Assembly: GCA_951406725.2 (NCBI GenBank)
Contig: OX597825.1
Span: 12,524,001-12,588,000, forward strand
Direction: 5' to 3'
Length of the DNA stretch: 64,000 bases
From: Octopus vulgaris
Lineage: Eukaryota
The position numbers and the translations under genes are program-made. The notes beneath the pieces are model-generated. The model searched no databases. It saw only the letters and a program-made list of their open reading frames with translations, and had not been told where the DNA came from. Of the stretch, positions 1-12,752 are shown piece after piece (position 1 is the first letter of the stretch; every line of letters begins with the position of its first letter).

Positions 1-106
1 GTATGTATGTATGTATGTATGTATGTATGTATGTATGTATGTATGTGTGTATGTATGTATGTGTGTATGTATGTATGTATATATGTATGTATATATGTAT
101 GTGTGT
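1..106. repeat. (TATG)n microsatellite
   Basis: Direct tandem GTAT repeats with TG/TA interruptions. Confidence 0.95.
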
Positions 107-415
107 ATCGTAAACGGATTTAATTTAATTTAATTAAATTCGATTACGTAAAAACGTCGAAACTATGCATAGTACAAAGTTGAAGGGGATAAATGTTTTT
201 ATTTCTCCTTTAGTTCCAGAATTACTACTATTTTGCGGTTTGAGTTTAGCTGCCCTTTCAAGTGAGTTGAACGGCCTGCCAGGGTCATTCCTTAATACTA
301 TTGTTGAATATATTATATAGTCTGTGACTATTTCTACTTTCTCACTTGACCGCTGGTTGCAGAAACTTTTTCTTGAATTTTTCTTGAATTTTCTTTGCTA
401 CCCTTATATTGATTA
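107..415 (+). mobile_element. Penelope pLTR/retrozyme-like repeat fragment carrying the 3' half of a hammerhead (family H1)
   Basis: 200-412 matches 17310-17523; 107-145 is the reverse complement of 16878-16916; GAAA at 159-162, with palindrome ACTATGCATAGT (162-173), then A and CAAAGT. Confidence 0.7.
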
Positions 416-469
416 AAAAAATATATATGTATGTATATATGTATGTATGTGTGTACGTATGTATGTTTG

Positions 470-760
470 TGTGTAAGTCAGCAGGTATTAAAGCTTTTAG
501 TATGGAAGCCGAGCACTGGGTGCAGATGGAAAAAATCAGTCAGTTTGGAAACCATTTCAAATACGAGATTCGAAAACTTAATCATGAAACCTATACTTCA
601 GAAACTGGTATTCCAGACAGTTGTCTGACTGAAAACTTTGTAACATTTGCCGTAGCGTCTGTTTGTTACATGCTAGTCACATGAGATCTCATGATCGCAT
701 TTATTTATCGAAGAAAATCACATATATCTGTGAGGGTATTTCAATCACCATAAATAAAAG
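470..760 (+). mobile_element. Decayed 3' end of an RTE-like LINE with C-terminal C2H2 finger
   Basis: 639-692 translates CNICRSVCLLHASHMRSH (Cx2C...HxxxH); upstream frames are broken; flanked by (TATG)n. Confidence 0.45.
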
Positions 761-2430
761 TATGTATGTATGCATGCATGTATGTGTGTTTGCGTGCATG
801 TATGTATGTATGCATGTGTGTGTATGTATGTATGTATGTATGTATGTATGTATGTATGTATGTATGTATATGTGTGTGTTCTGTTCTGTTGTCACTTGAA
901 TTCTCTCTCTGAGTGAAGAAGCCGGTTTCTATGAAAGATACGAAGCTCTATCGTTGGAATGTACATAACGAAAACAGTGTTCCATTTTAATCTTGAGAAA
1001 TGTGTTGCATAGATTTACTGTTCCACTTCAAAATTGTATTTGTAATCTGCGAGATAATGAGTTGATGTGTTTTATTGACAATCCAAGTTCACCAATTATT
1101 ATCAGTATAAATTTAAATTTGTAAGGTGTATATTGATGCATGTATGTTTGTATGTTTGTATGTATGTAAGTGAAAATTATTTCCGGAATTGTATTTTTGT
1201 CTTCCTGCGTTCTTTACTTTTCACGTTTACATACTGAATATACATAGTCTACGGCAAATCACAAACACACATCTCCGAGTCATTCTATTGTTGCCACTCT
1301 TGTAAATTTAGAAAAACGATTTTATCTCCTTAAACAATAATGGCAGGAAACTGCATCAGCATTCTAATTCAAGTGTTCTCTCGTTAATTGCGGTCACTAT
1401 AAGAGAGGTTTCATCGAACAACTAGCATGCCTTCATTAAGCTAGAAATTGACAAGTCTCCACAAACGATAATTTACTCAAGAACCCTACAACGGCCATTA
1501 AATAGTAAAACAGTAAGGGCCTAGAAACTAATCCCATTTTATATATACATACGTCATTATAGATTGACATTTATTTCCTCTCCGATTGAGAGGTTCAGCG
1601 GGAAACTTGAAAGCCTTCTCTTTCCTCACCTCATAAAACTTATTCTACTAAATTATTTCCGAAGCCATTAAAGGCAATCTCTATGGTTCCTTTTATGACT
1701 ACTTGCACATCTATGTATACATCGGTGATAGACATAATCCATCACCCTCTTTAATATCAGCTCATGTTCCCCGCAGAACAGAGAACATCCTCTTTCACGT
1801 AGTCAAACCAGGTTTCCCCTTTTACATTAAACGATATATCTTCATTCAGAACTTCCTAATTCAACAAATCATATGTCTCGTTTTATTTTCCCCCGCAATT
1901 TCAACCCTGCAAATATCATGGCCACTAACACCCATACACTCCCTACTGTTTAAAATAATCTCAGCAATCGATTAATATCGTTTTCTTTCTCACTACTTGC
2001 ATTGCAATATCAATGAAAATAACTTTTTTAAAGAACCCCTGCATTAAATACGCTAACACAAATTTATTGATTTCTATGCAGATAGCATACAGTGACCTAT
2101 GAACACTTTTTATCCAGCTGTTTATTTTCATTTAATTACATGTGTCTTCCGTTCTTTGCAAGTATATACAAATTTAATTATATTTTCTGATAAATTTTGA
2201 CTTCAATTTAATAGAACACAACAATGTAAACCATTGGCAAAAATGCGTAGAGGCGCTTGAACTTGGCAAATTTCGTGGCTGATGTGAATATGGAAAATTC
2301 GATAATAAGAAAAAAGCTTAATATTTCGGTATTAATCATGAGGCACTAATTAACACAGAGAAGAATTGGACTAAAGAAAGACATTTACGAATCAGGAAAT
2401 GTTTTGGGAGGCACCAGTAAGATTAATAAG

Positions 2431-2850
2431 GACTACTTCCTTGAAAATCATATTGCAATAAGTGCTGAGAAAGGACAAAGATTCCGCCAAGACATCGGGA
2501 CCATGGTGGCTAGGTATCAAAACAGGTGGAACCACAAAGGTGATTGCTGACTCTTGCGATGCAAGTTTTTCAGGCAAACCAGCAAAGAGAACGTTCACGT
2601 CTTGGGAAACTGAAACTCCAGTTTGACAGATATATAATTCCTAAGATGTGGAATTTAACATTTTATGTAATATATGTATTAGCCTTTAATTTCAGTATTG
2701 CATTTTGTTACAAAGTGAATTTCTGTTTAACAGAAAACTTGACGTGATAGAAAAATATGTGAGCACATTTCTGAACTCAGTTCTATCAAATTAGTTAAGA
2801 CTAATTTTTTTAAAAAAAAGCAAGACAATTATAAATTTTGTTCGAAAATG
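2431..2850 (+). mobile_element. Chapaev3-like (Transib-related) DNA transposon 3' remnant
   Basis: 2431-2557 reads DYFLENHIAISAEKGQRFRQDIGTMVARYQNRWNHK/VIADSC (one frameshift), resembling the recalled motif DFFPENLGAVSDEHGERFHQDI..MEKRYQGRW...MLADYC; the 3' extent is approximate. Confidence 0.6.
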
Positions 2851-3090
2851 TTGCTCAGCTTTCATATTCAGAGAGTAAGCAGTAGAAAACAAAGCTTGAA
2901 CTAATGGGAGAAAATTGACTGATTTCGTTCTGACATCTGTGAATCAAACTCAACAGAAAGTTTGTTCGTAATTGTTCCTGTGTCTTAATGTAAACAATAG
3001 AATAGAATATGCAAGGATCTCGAATATATATACACGACATTATGGAATATATATTCTCATTACTTATTTGCACCTGCGACTATATAAACA

Positions 3091-3149
<59 letters not shown>

Positions 3150-3153
<4 letters not shown>

Positions 3154-3293
3154 AAGCAATTAAGATTCAAGTGAGTTCTTTGAATTCACATGAATATGGT
3201 ACTTAACTTGGATGCACCAGAAATCTATATGGTGTTAACCATAAGACACAGTGGGGTGATTACAAATAGGATATTGATCCATTCTTGTTGTTT

Positions 3294-3295
<2 letters not shown>
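3150..3295 (-). repeat. Interspersed repeat related to the foldback element at 11776-12035
   Basis: Reverse complement of 3190-3262 matches 11958-12030 (TAACACCATA...TTCTGGTGC...TTAAGTACCATATTCA). Confidence 0.6.
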
Positions 3296-3351
<56 letters not shown>

Positions 3352-3660
3352 GGTGGCCCAAAAGTAGGTTTACAGTTATCATACAGTTGTCAAGCGATGT
3401 TGGGGGGACAAATACACACACAAACACACACACATATATATATGTATATATATATAGGTTATAAGAAGCAATGGTGTCATTGAGACCCAAAGGTGTCCGG
3501 TAATGCTGAATAAGTGCTATAGATAGACCATAGTTAGGTTCCAGGTTCGGTGATTTTGCGAATAAGGGGTTCAACGTTGGTCATATATCAGCGAGTGTAT
3601 CTGAGAAATTGTTTGCGGAATGAGATAAAAAAAACTAAGGCTCTGTATATACTAGAGCAT

Positions 3661-3733
<73 letters not shown>

Positions 3734-3865
3734 TATATATAGTCGGTTAACTAAGGATCACAATTAACTTTCACGTGGATATATCAAACTTAATTCGTAA
3801 ATAAAACGTATACATCATCTGAAATAAATTTTAGTCTTTTCACGTCTTTTTACGTAATAGTAAAT

Positions 3866-4175
3866 TACGTTCTGAGTTCAAATTCCGCCGAGGTCGACTT
3901 TTCCTTTCATCCTTTCGGGGTCGATTAAATAAGTACCAGTTACACACTGGGGTCGATATAATCGACTTAATCCGTTTGTCTGTCCTTGTTGTCCTGTCTG
4001 TGTTTTGCCCCTTGTGGGTAGTAAAAAAATAGGTATTTCTTCTGGTCTTTCTCGTTCTGTGTTCATAATTTTCCTGACGTCCAGTTGATTTTCATTCATT
4101 TATGTACTATGTACTACTGGAGCATGATGTCGATGTAATCGACCATTCTCCTCACCAAAACTTTCCTGGTCTGCA
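3866..4175 (+). mobile_element. SINE family A, 5'-truncated, with decayed second unit
   Basis: B-box-like GAGTTCAAATTCC and shared core CCTTTCATCCTTTCGGGGTCGATTAAATAAGTACCAG; matches 9043-9630. Confidence 0.85.
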
Positions 4176-4917
4176 ATGTCAGAATTATATCTATGAAACA
4201 AAAAGTACAAAACGGCCATTTATTGACAGATATAGTACAACCGCAGACAAAATGCTTTGCGCTGCCTAGATTTTTACATTTCAAAACTAAATATTATCTG
4301 GTTGGATTTTTTCTTTCACTCTTCCGGTATCGATAAAATATTTAGTGAAATACCAAGATCAATGATATCAGTTCACAATCTTCCACTTAAATTGTTGCTA
4401 TTCTAAACATAAATCAATATAAATATAACTAAACTTTTGATTTGATATCATAAAAACACTATAGATTCAGAGTTATGAGCTTACTAAACTAAATAGATTT
4501 TATAGTATTTATCAAATTTATGTATTTGAGTTTAATTTTCCCACGACAGGTTTGTTGTCCTAAATTCTCACATTAATAAATTATACAAATGAACCTAAAT
4601 TCTTCTAGTATATTTATCAATTTGTTATAAATTATTGTTAAACTCTACACAGAGTACAACCTATACGGCGCTTAAATTGCTATTCCAGGGTCGATGATAT
4701 ATTAAGCGAATGTAAGTGTGTATTTGATTGTCTTATATGTTTTTCAATAATTCTATTCATTGAAAACATTATTGGCTATATTGAACAGAAATTATCTATA
4801 TTATAGTGCCAATTGTTAAAGCTAGATAAAAGCCGGTGTTATGTGGCTATGAGAACTCTATTATTGCACAACTTCAAATCCTGCTGTCTTATATTTAATA
4901 TTAACATGTCTAATATT

Positions 4918-5333
4918 TATTTCTTTATTGCCTATGGAGGGTTCAAACATGGAGGGTTCAAACAAGGACAGACAAAGGGATTAAGTCGATTATAACGACC
5001 CAAGTGCGTAACTGGTACTTATTTAATCGACTCCGAAAGGATGAAAAGCAAAGTCGACCTCGGCGGAATTTGAACTCAGAACGTAGCGGCAGACGAAATA
5101 CCTATTTTTTACTACCCACAAGGGGCTACACACAGAGGGGACAAACAGAGACAGACATACGGCTTAAGTTGATTATATCAACACCAGTGCGTAACTGGTA
5201 CTTATTTAATCGACTCCGAAAGGATGAAAGGCAAAGTCGATTCGGCGGAATTTGAACTCAGAACGTAACGGCAGATGAAATACGGTTGCGCATTTCGCCC
5301 GGCGTGCTAACATTTCTGCCAGCTCGCCGCCTT
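4918..5333 (-). mobile_element. SINE family A, tandem dimer
   Basis: Reverse complement of the 9043 element: tRNA-like head GGCGGCGAGCTGGCAGAA at 5333, two body units. Confidence 0.9.
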
Positions 5334-5347
5334 CCTTATATTTCATT

Positions 5348-5735
5348 CTAGCAGTATCGCCCGGCGTTGCTCGGGTTTGTAAGGGAAATAACTATATAAC
5401 CATTTTTAGAGAGTTATAGCCAAAAATAGCCAAAAAATGGGAAACAAATGATGGTAATTTTTTTTTAAATCGTTGACTCATCGTAGACATTTTTAGAGAG
5501 TTACTTCCCTTATATAATAGCGAAAAAATCCATTAAAATGGAAAAAAATGATGGTAATTTTGTTTTTTAATCGTAGACTCATCGTAGACGCGCGCTAATA
5601 CCCAGAAGGGCTCGATATGAATCACGACTATAAGATACCCGGTTTTGGTTAAACTGCACCGCAAAATGTGGGAGTAGTTAGGAATCTAAATCGTAGGAGA
5701 CAGACAGCACACAACCTCACTTTTATATATAAAGA
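5348..5735 (-). mobile_element. Non-autonomous Helitron
   Basis: Minus strand starts A|TCTTTATATATAAAAG and ends with GC hairpin CCCGAGC-AAC-GCCGGG about 8 nt before CTAG; no TSD; internal ~90-100 bp direct duplication (5401-5589). Confidence 0.8.
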
Positions 5736-6224
5736 TTAGCCACTCCATTCGAAATATACTTAAATTTACCTCCTAACATTTCGAGTATTAATTTAAATAT
5801 TGTCTTCTCCACGCATTTTAATATATATTTGAGTACAGTCTAGAACAAAGATGCACACGATTCAACAGAATTGCGAAATCGTTTGGAAAAATACCGTGTC
5901 ACGTGTAAGGGCAAAAGTATTAGATGACTACCTCTTTCTAAATATGTTTGATCTTGCCGCCCATTCTTCTCCATCTTCTATTATCTTACCATCGATCATA
6001 TACAATTTGTATTACAAACATGTAATTTAGTAACAGATACTGAGTCAGTGCATGGAAAATTTTATTCCGAATTCTCTGAAGTAAACTTTATTTTCATCTC
6101 TCTACGGTGAACAAGATAGGTTTCGCTCTATTATTGGCCTCATATGTAACATATATTACTTCTGCTTTAAGGAAATTGTTGCTTTATGCAGAAACACTTT
6201 ATATATGCTTTCATATCAAGTATC

Positions 6225-6532
6225 TGTTGCTTGTTCCCTCTCGAGCCACGCCTGGCTCATAAGGGCCGGTTTCCCGGCTTCCTTGGCGTATAGGATTCCC
6301 CACCTGGACGGAACGCCGGTCCATCACAGGTGAGCTGAAAGATACAGGAGGAAAGAGTGAGAGAAAGTTGTGGCGAAAGAGTCAGCAGAAAGTTCGCCAT
6401 TACCTTCTGCCGGAGCCGCGTGGAGCTTAGATTTTTCTCTCATAAACACACACAGCGCCCGGTCTGAGATTCGAACCCGCGATCCTTCGACCGCGAGTCC
6501 GCTGCTCTAACCACTAGGCCATGCGCCTCTAC
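6225..6532 (-). mobile_element. SINE family C, tail type 3
   Basis: tRNA head TGGCCTAGTGG...GGTTCGAATC; TSD CATATCAAGTA/CATATTAAGTA (6212-6222, 6532-6542). Confidence 0.9.
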
Positions 6533-6631
6533 ATATTAAGTAGAGTTTCCATTTATAAAAAAGGGAAAAAACAAAAAAACATCCGTTTTGATACTGTTCA
6601 TACAATTTCAGTAGCTACATTCCGTGAGAGA

Positions 6632-6940
6632 GGAGGCACATGGCCTAGTGATTAGAGCAGCGGAATGGCGGCCGAGGGATCACGGGTTCGAATCTCAGAC
6701 CGGCCGATGTGTATGTTTATGAGCGAAACACCTAAGCTCCACTCGGCTCCGGCAGAAGGTAATGGCGAACTTCTGCCGACTCTTTCACCACAACTTTCTC
6801 TCACTCTTTCCTCCTGCATCTTGAAGCTCACCTTCGACGGACCGGTGTCCTATCCAGGTGGGGAACCTATACGCCAAGGAAACCGGGTAACCGGCCCTTA
6901 TGAGCTAGGCGTGGCTCGAGAAGGAACAAACAACAACAAA
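6632..6940 (+). mobile_element. SINE family C, tail type 3
   Basis: A box TGGCCTAGTGA, B box GGTTCGAATC, (CAA)n tail; TSD ACATTCCGTGA (6617-6627, 6940-6950). Confidence 0.9.
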
Positions 6941-9042
6941 CATTCCGTGATTATCTGTGATGCTCACTATGTTTCTCAAATATTTCGTGTCTTACCACAC
7001 GAAAGGCACGCAATATATCATGTATATTTCTTGACTTGATCATTCATTTTTACACTGTTTGCCTATCCAGTTCACAGTATTTTTAAAGCTATCCAGCATA
7101 TATTTCGCGCTTTTTACATAACGCCTGTTTATGTAGGAATCCTATTTTGTTATATTCCTGAGAAAATGGCGAAACGATCTGTTGTCTTTTGTTTAAGCAT
7201 CAGATTATGTACAACGAAACGGAGCCTGAATGTTGTCAGATGACGTACGAGAAATAACAGCCATATTAGCTTCAGTTTCAAACTTTAGAGTCCAACAAAA
7301 ACAAAGAACACAGACAATGTAATCTGAGATAACGCAGATGACATGTTTACAGCTAGAATCCATTCTAACTAAACATCTACTCAGTTTTTAAGATAAGACT
7401 GAACAAAAACACAACATATAATAGCGTTATCTTTTCCACCACAAAATTGCCTTTATCTTCTCTTTGAAGTAGTGACTAGCTTCTCTCTAATATTTATAAG
7501 GCACAGTCTTAGCTATGTGATAAACAAGATCAATTTATGAATAAGTCTTTTCAGGTTCAAACCCACTGCAAATCCAGCAAGTGTATTTAATTATGGCTTC
7601 GAAGATTTGTGGTTAGAGTATTCAGCTCATAGGTTCAGTTCATAAAAATGTTGGAGCAGTGTTCTGGGCACTTCATTTCATAGCTCTGTGGTCCAATCGT
7701 GTATTAAATATATAATTTCTAAGAGTAAATCTATTAGGAGAGTGGATAAGGAAGTTTTGAAGTGTAGAATGGCAAAATGAACGGCGGCCACCAAAAACAT
7801 AACGACCCCCACAGTGGCATATTATTGTTAGTTGTTTTTTTTCCCCATTATCATTATTGTCGTTGTTGATCGCTCTTTACAAAGCGGAGATACTGGATCA
7901 AAATGAATAGTTACTTTATCATTGATGAAGTGCACGCAAACCCTTATTTAAAACAGGAACATGAAGAAACAAAGAATCTCATTGGATTCGACAAAGAGTT
8001 TGAATGTTTGAATTTTTGAAGACCCCTAACTTTGATATTTACAAATCCATTCAACGTGACAATCTCCAGTAAAATACCAAATAAAGCTCAATCTCAAACA
8101 AGAAACAAAATAATCCATAGGAAGCTCACTTAAAGTACTCTAAACTACATATCTGACACCACACATGCTTATATGTTTTGGCTATACCATTCAACAATAA
8201 GTAATCACAACAATAACAACATCAACAGCAACAAAGTCGTTTGTATAAAAATATAATTACAAATCGTTTCTTGAGTGTTTGTAGTTTATGATTTGTTACG
8301 TTAATTTCTGTGAATCCTAAGAGATCTTTTATATTGCTTAATGAAAATAAATGCGCATTTCTGCAAATAATTGGCCTTATCTTAAACATTTCCCGTTCCG
8401 TTATGACGACTGAAGAGGTCTTAATTTTTTTGTTGTTGATTATTTTCGTTCATTATTTTTGTGCTTTTGTTTCATATAACATGAAATCAATGCCTCGCTA
8501 TTTCTCTCCCATCACTCAATTCAAAGTTGTTTGATTAGTTTCTTGTATTTACCCTTATCAATCACTTTGTTTCATTATTTTTTTCTTAATTACATTCATT
8601 CATTTATTTTTTGTAGTGTATATTCCTTTCAAATTACATTTTTCTTTTCTATTACACAACGCTATTAATTCATTATTTTCTAATTTGATAAGCATCTCAA
8701 GAGATTCCATTATTTTATGTCGGTTTTACCGAGCTATTGTAATGGAAAGAGGGGTATCTGTAATAGCATAAGTGGAGAATATTCTGCTATGCCTTGGTTG
8801 CCGTGATATAATTGGCGATGTAGATGATGTGAAGATAGATTCGATACAAGCAGTATTACAAATGATTAAGATACAAGCCGTTGTTTTATTGTTATTGCTT
8901 TGCAAGGTCATGCATGAGTGATTAGACCTGTAATCAAAGAGGTTCTAAGTCTTGATCATCCTTTATTATTTTAAGACGATATATTGTTGAAAGGAATGGT
9001 AAGTGTTATTTGTAGCAGGTTGAGCAAGTGAGGAGGGACAAA

Positions 9043-9630
9043 AGGCGGCGAGCTGGCAGAATCGTTAGCACGCCGGGCGAAATGCTTAGCGGTATTTCGT
9101 CTGCCGTTACGTTCTGAGTTCAAATTCCGCCGAGGTCGACTTTGCCTTACATCCTTTCGGGGCTCGATTAAATAAGTACCAGTTACGCACTTAATCCGTT
9201 TGTCTCTCCTTGTTTGTCCTCTCTGTGTGTAGCCCCTTGTGGGTAGTAAAGAAATAGGTATTTCGTCTGCCGTTACGTTCTGAGTTCAAATTCCGTCAAG
9301 GTCGACTTTGCCTTACATCCTTTCGGGGGTCGATTAAATAAGTACCAGTTACGCACTGGGGTCGATGTAATCGACTTAATACCTATGTCTGTCCTTGTTT
9401 GTCCCCCCTGTGTGTAGCCCCTTGTGGGTAGTAATGAAATAGAAATAGGTATTCCGTCTGCCGCTAAGTTTTGAGTTCAAATTCCGCCGAGGTCGACTTT
9501 GACTTTCATCTTTTCGGGGTCGATAAATTAAGTATCACTTACGCACTGGGGTCGATGTAATCGACTTAATCCGTTTGTCTGTCCTTGTTTGTCCCCACTA
9601 TGTTTAGCCCCTTGTGGGCAATAAAGAAAT
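9043..9630 (+). mobile_element. SINE family A, tandem trimer
   Basis: Full head plus three ~165-190 bp body units; TSD TGAGGAGGGACAAA/TGAGAAGGGACAAA (9029-9042, 9635-9648). Confidence 0.9.
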
Positions 9631-10414
9631 GATATGAGAAGGGACAAATAGGAACACAAATTGTATGGTCATATTTTTTGGCTGTTGCCTGGGCGATGAT
9701 GTTGACGTTGGCCATAGCGATGTTTTTCCTTGCAGAAGTGGTAATGAAATCTTAGCTCGCTAACAGAGATGATGGAAGAATTATCGTTGTGGCTGGTTTT
9801 CATCCTGCCTGAGCTAGATATGCTTTATATGTTGTTGTCTTTTATTGCTATTGATGCAGTTCTTGTCGATGTCACTGATAACGAAATAATGGCAGTAATA
9901 TTGCTGGTGTTAAATGACGTACAGGAGATGTTGGTGGTGGTAGGAGCGGCGATGCAGGCGGTGGGGGTTATGATGGTTTTCGTTATGGTTTGTCTGGAAA
10001 CGACATGGAAATAAATTGTAATCATTATCTAGCATCGGTGATTCTTGCGCACATAAATCGACGTGGTTCACCAATCGCCAAACGATCTACAGCTATTTGT
10101 AATTATAAAACGGAAATACAAGTGATTCGATCATATTGTAATTCTTTCCACAAACAGAAAATAAAATTTGGAAAAATAAAAAAAAATATTTCGTAACAGT
10201 AAAAGCGTCAAAGAGTTAAATAAAGTCTAAATTTACAGAGAAAAGACATCGATGGAAACGCAGGAATTTTTACAAAGAAGAAGCGAATATGTATTACAAT
10301 GATAAACAAGGCCATCAGTGTTGAAGTATGAACGATTGTAATACGTTGCAAGGCGATGTTATTTAGTTGATATCTGATTTAATATTTTATTATGTTTAGA
10401 AAAAATAATCGCTA

Positions 10415-10800
10415 GCTAGTTTGGCAGTGTGGTAAGAAGCTTATTTCCCAAACATAAAGGATCGGTTTTCTCGCAGGTTCCTTCTATTTGCTATAAGGCT
10501 CGAATTCTCAGAAGCCGTGTCAGTGGACTCGTTACACGGAAACTGAAACAAGCCCATCCTATGTATGTATGTATGTATGTATATTATTTTACTTGTTTCA
10601 GGCATTTTACTGCCGTCACGTTGAGCACTGTCTGTAAAAAGTTTCTTAGTCGACGAAATCGACGACAGGACTTTTTATTTGTTTACTTCTAGTAGTTATT
10701 CAATCGGTCGCTTTTGCCGAACCGTGAAGTTACGTGATAGTAAACATACCAACATCGGTTGTGAAGCGATGGTGAAGGGACAGATACAAAGACACATACA
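10415..10800. mobile_element. Decayed SINE family B halves (head on +, tail on -)
   Basis: 10415-10560 resembles the B head (GGAAACTGAAA); 10587-10800 resembles the reverse-complemented B tail. Confidence 0.6.
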
Positions 10801-10847
10801 CATGAATACACGCACACACACACACACACATACACATATATATAGAT

Positions 10848-10883
<36 letters not shown>

Positions 10884-11191
10884 TAGTATAAAATACAATT
10901 ATAATTAAGGGAATAGTGGAGATCATAGCTATGAAATTGAACAATCCGAGGCTAACTATTTTATGAATATACGTGATCCTAGTCCCTCGATTTCAACACG
11001 TGTGAACTATAAATGATAATTTTAAGTGGTTGACGATTTAGCGTCTATTCTCAGCATAAGCATGGTCTCTTGTATGCCCTTACGTATAATTGTATTTTAT
11101 ACCATTATAAATTTCTGAGTACGAATTTACCTTAGTATGCCTATATTATATGCTGGCCATTGATAAAAAATAACATTAACGATTTTATCCT

Positions 11192-11192
<1 letters not shown>

Positions 11193-11269
<77 letters not shown>
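11193..11269. repeat. (TAT/TAA)n microsatellite
   Basis: Perfect trinucleotide tract. Confidence 0.95.
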
Positions 11270-11270
<1 letters not shown>

Positions 11271-11709
11271 ATATGCAGACTTCGCTTGTTTCGTTTCTCT
11301 TGCAGTGTTCAGTATATTCTTCTTTTGCAAATACTTTTACACGACTCAGAATAGAGAAAACAATTTGTGAATGATTAAAAGAGAATTTATAATAATGGAG
11401 ATATTTAATTTATTGTAGATGTCCCTTGTAAATATTCTTTGTAGTGCTTGATTTAGAGACCGTTATTAATAAATTAGTTTCTGATACATAAATAGATTGG
11501 CTTTCTGTCTCCCTATCTACTGGAGTTTAGCCACACTTGTCTATAGTAGCTAAAAATACAATGACTCGAAATAACTGGACATTCAAGTAACATTGAGGAG
11601 ATGCCAATGTAGTTATGTACATGTAAATGTCTCTGTGTGGATAAGGTCAAGGTAAATACACACACACACACACGCACACACCTATACAGAGACACTTAGG
11701 CACAGAGTC

Positions 11710-11775
<66 letters not shown>

Positions 11776-11780
<5 letters not shown>

Positions 11781-12035
11781 CAAAATAAGCAACAAGGATA
11801 TCCAGAGGTAACGCATTACGATCGTTTCATGTGACTCCATTTAACTGAACAATGCAAACATTTGTAATAATTGCATTAAATGGATTCAATTAAATGGAGT
11901 CGCATGAAACGATTGTACTGCGTTACCTCTGGATATCCTGGTTGCTTGTTTTGATTATAATCACCTTATTTACATTGTATGGATAACACCATACTAAATT
12001 CTGGTGCCTCAACTTAAGTACCATATTCAGCTGAA
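11776..12035. mobile_element. Foldback (inverted-arm) repeat, Penelope pLTR-like
   Basis: Arms 11776-11849 and 11886-11958 are near reverse complements; the extension matches 3190-3262. Confidence 0.6.
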
Positions 12036-12129
12036 TATATGTGTGTGTGTGTGTGTGTGTGTGAGTGAGTGTACTAACATACACACACACACACACGCAC
12101 ACACAAACACACACAGACACAGACACACA

Positions 12130-12188
<59 letters not shown>

Positions 12189-12752
12189 GTGCAGGCTTCC
12201 CAGCCACACAGTTCTGGGCTCACACTCTCTTTGGGAAAGTGTCCTATACTATAGATTCAAGTCTATCAATGCTTTGAACGTGGCCTTGGTGGACGGAAAC
12301 TGAAAGAAACGCGTCGTGCATATCATAAACTTAAACTTAGATAAAGTGAGATATATTTCCACCAAAGATTCGTCTACGCCATGTCTAAATTAATTGCACC
12401 ACCTGATAGTATTAAACAAATTCTTTAAAAATAAAGTTCTGTGGTATCATGGTCCATTCAAGTGGTGAGTTCTTGTTGAGTGAGTTGTGTCCAGATATAG
12501 GTGTGTGTATTTGTGTTTGTCCACACCACCGCGTGACAAGTGGTTTGGTTTGTTTTTTTGTTACTATGACGTTGCGGTTTGGCAAAACAGATCGATGGAT
12601 TTAGTACCAGGTTTTAAAATTGAGCTCCAGGGTCAAGTCATTCGCCTCTTGTAGGTCTTGCCCCAGGATAGTCGAAGCTTAAAGAAACGAGGAAAAGAAA
12701 GCATAATTAAGTAATTAAGCATATTCATGTTCACACACACATATACTTATAT

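Noticed and set aside
9043-9135. tRNA-like A/B boxes in SINE heads as tRNA genes
   Set aside because: No complete cloverleaf; they continue into SINE bodies with TSDs.
9090-9630. Regularly spaced repeats resembling a CRISPR array
   Set aside because: Whole units repeat with no unique spacers; eukaryotic SINE multimer and no cas genes.
9660-10060. Hydrophobic 81-aa ORF (9769-10014)
   Set aside because: Decayed GTG/GAT/GTT simple repeats; no family motif or splice support.
10422-10433. TGGCAGTGTGGT, resembling the miR-34 5' end
   Set aside because: It is the decayed head of SINE B; there is no precursor hairpin and the rest does not match.
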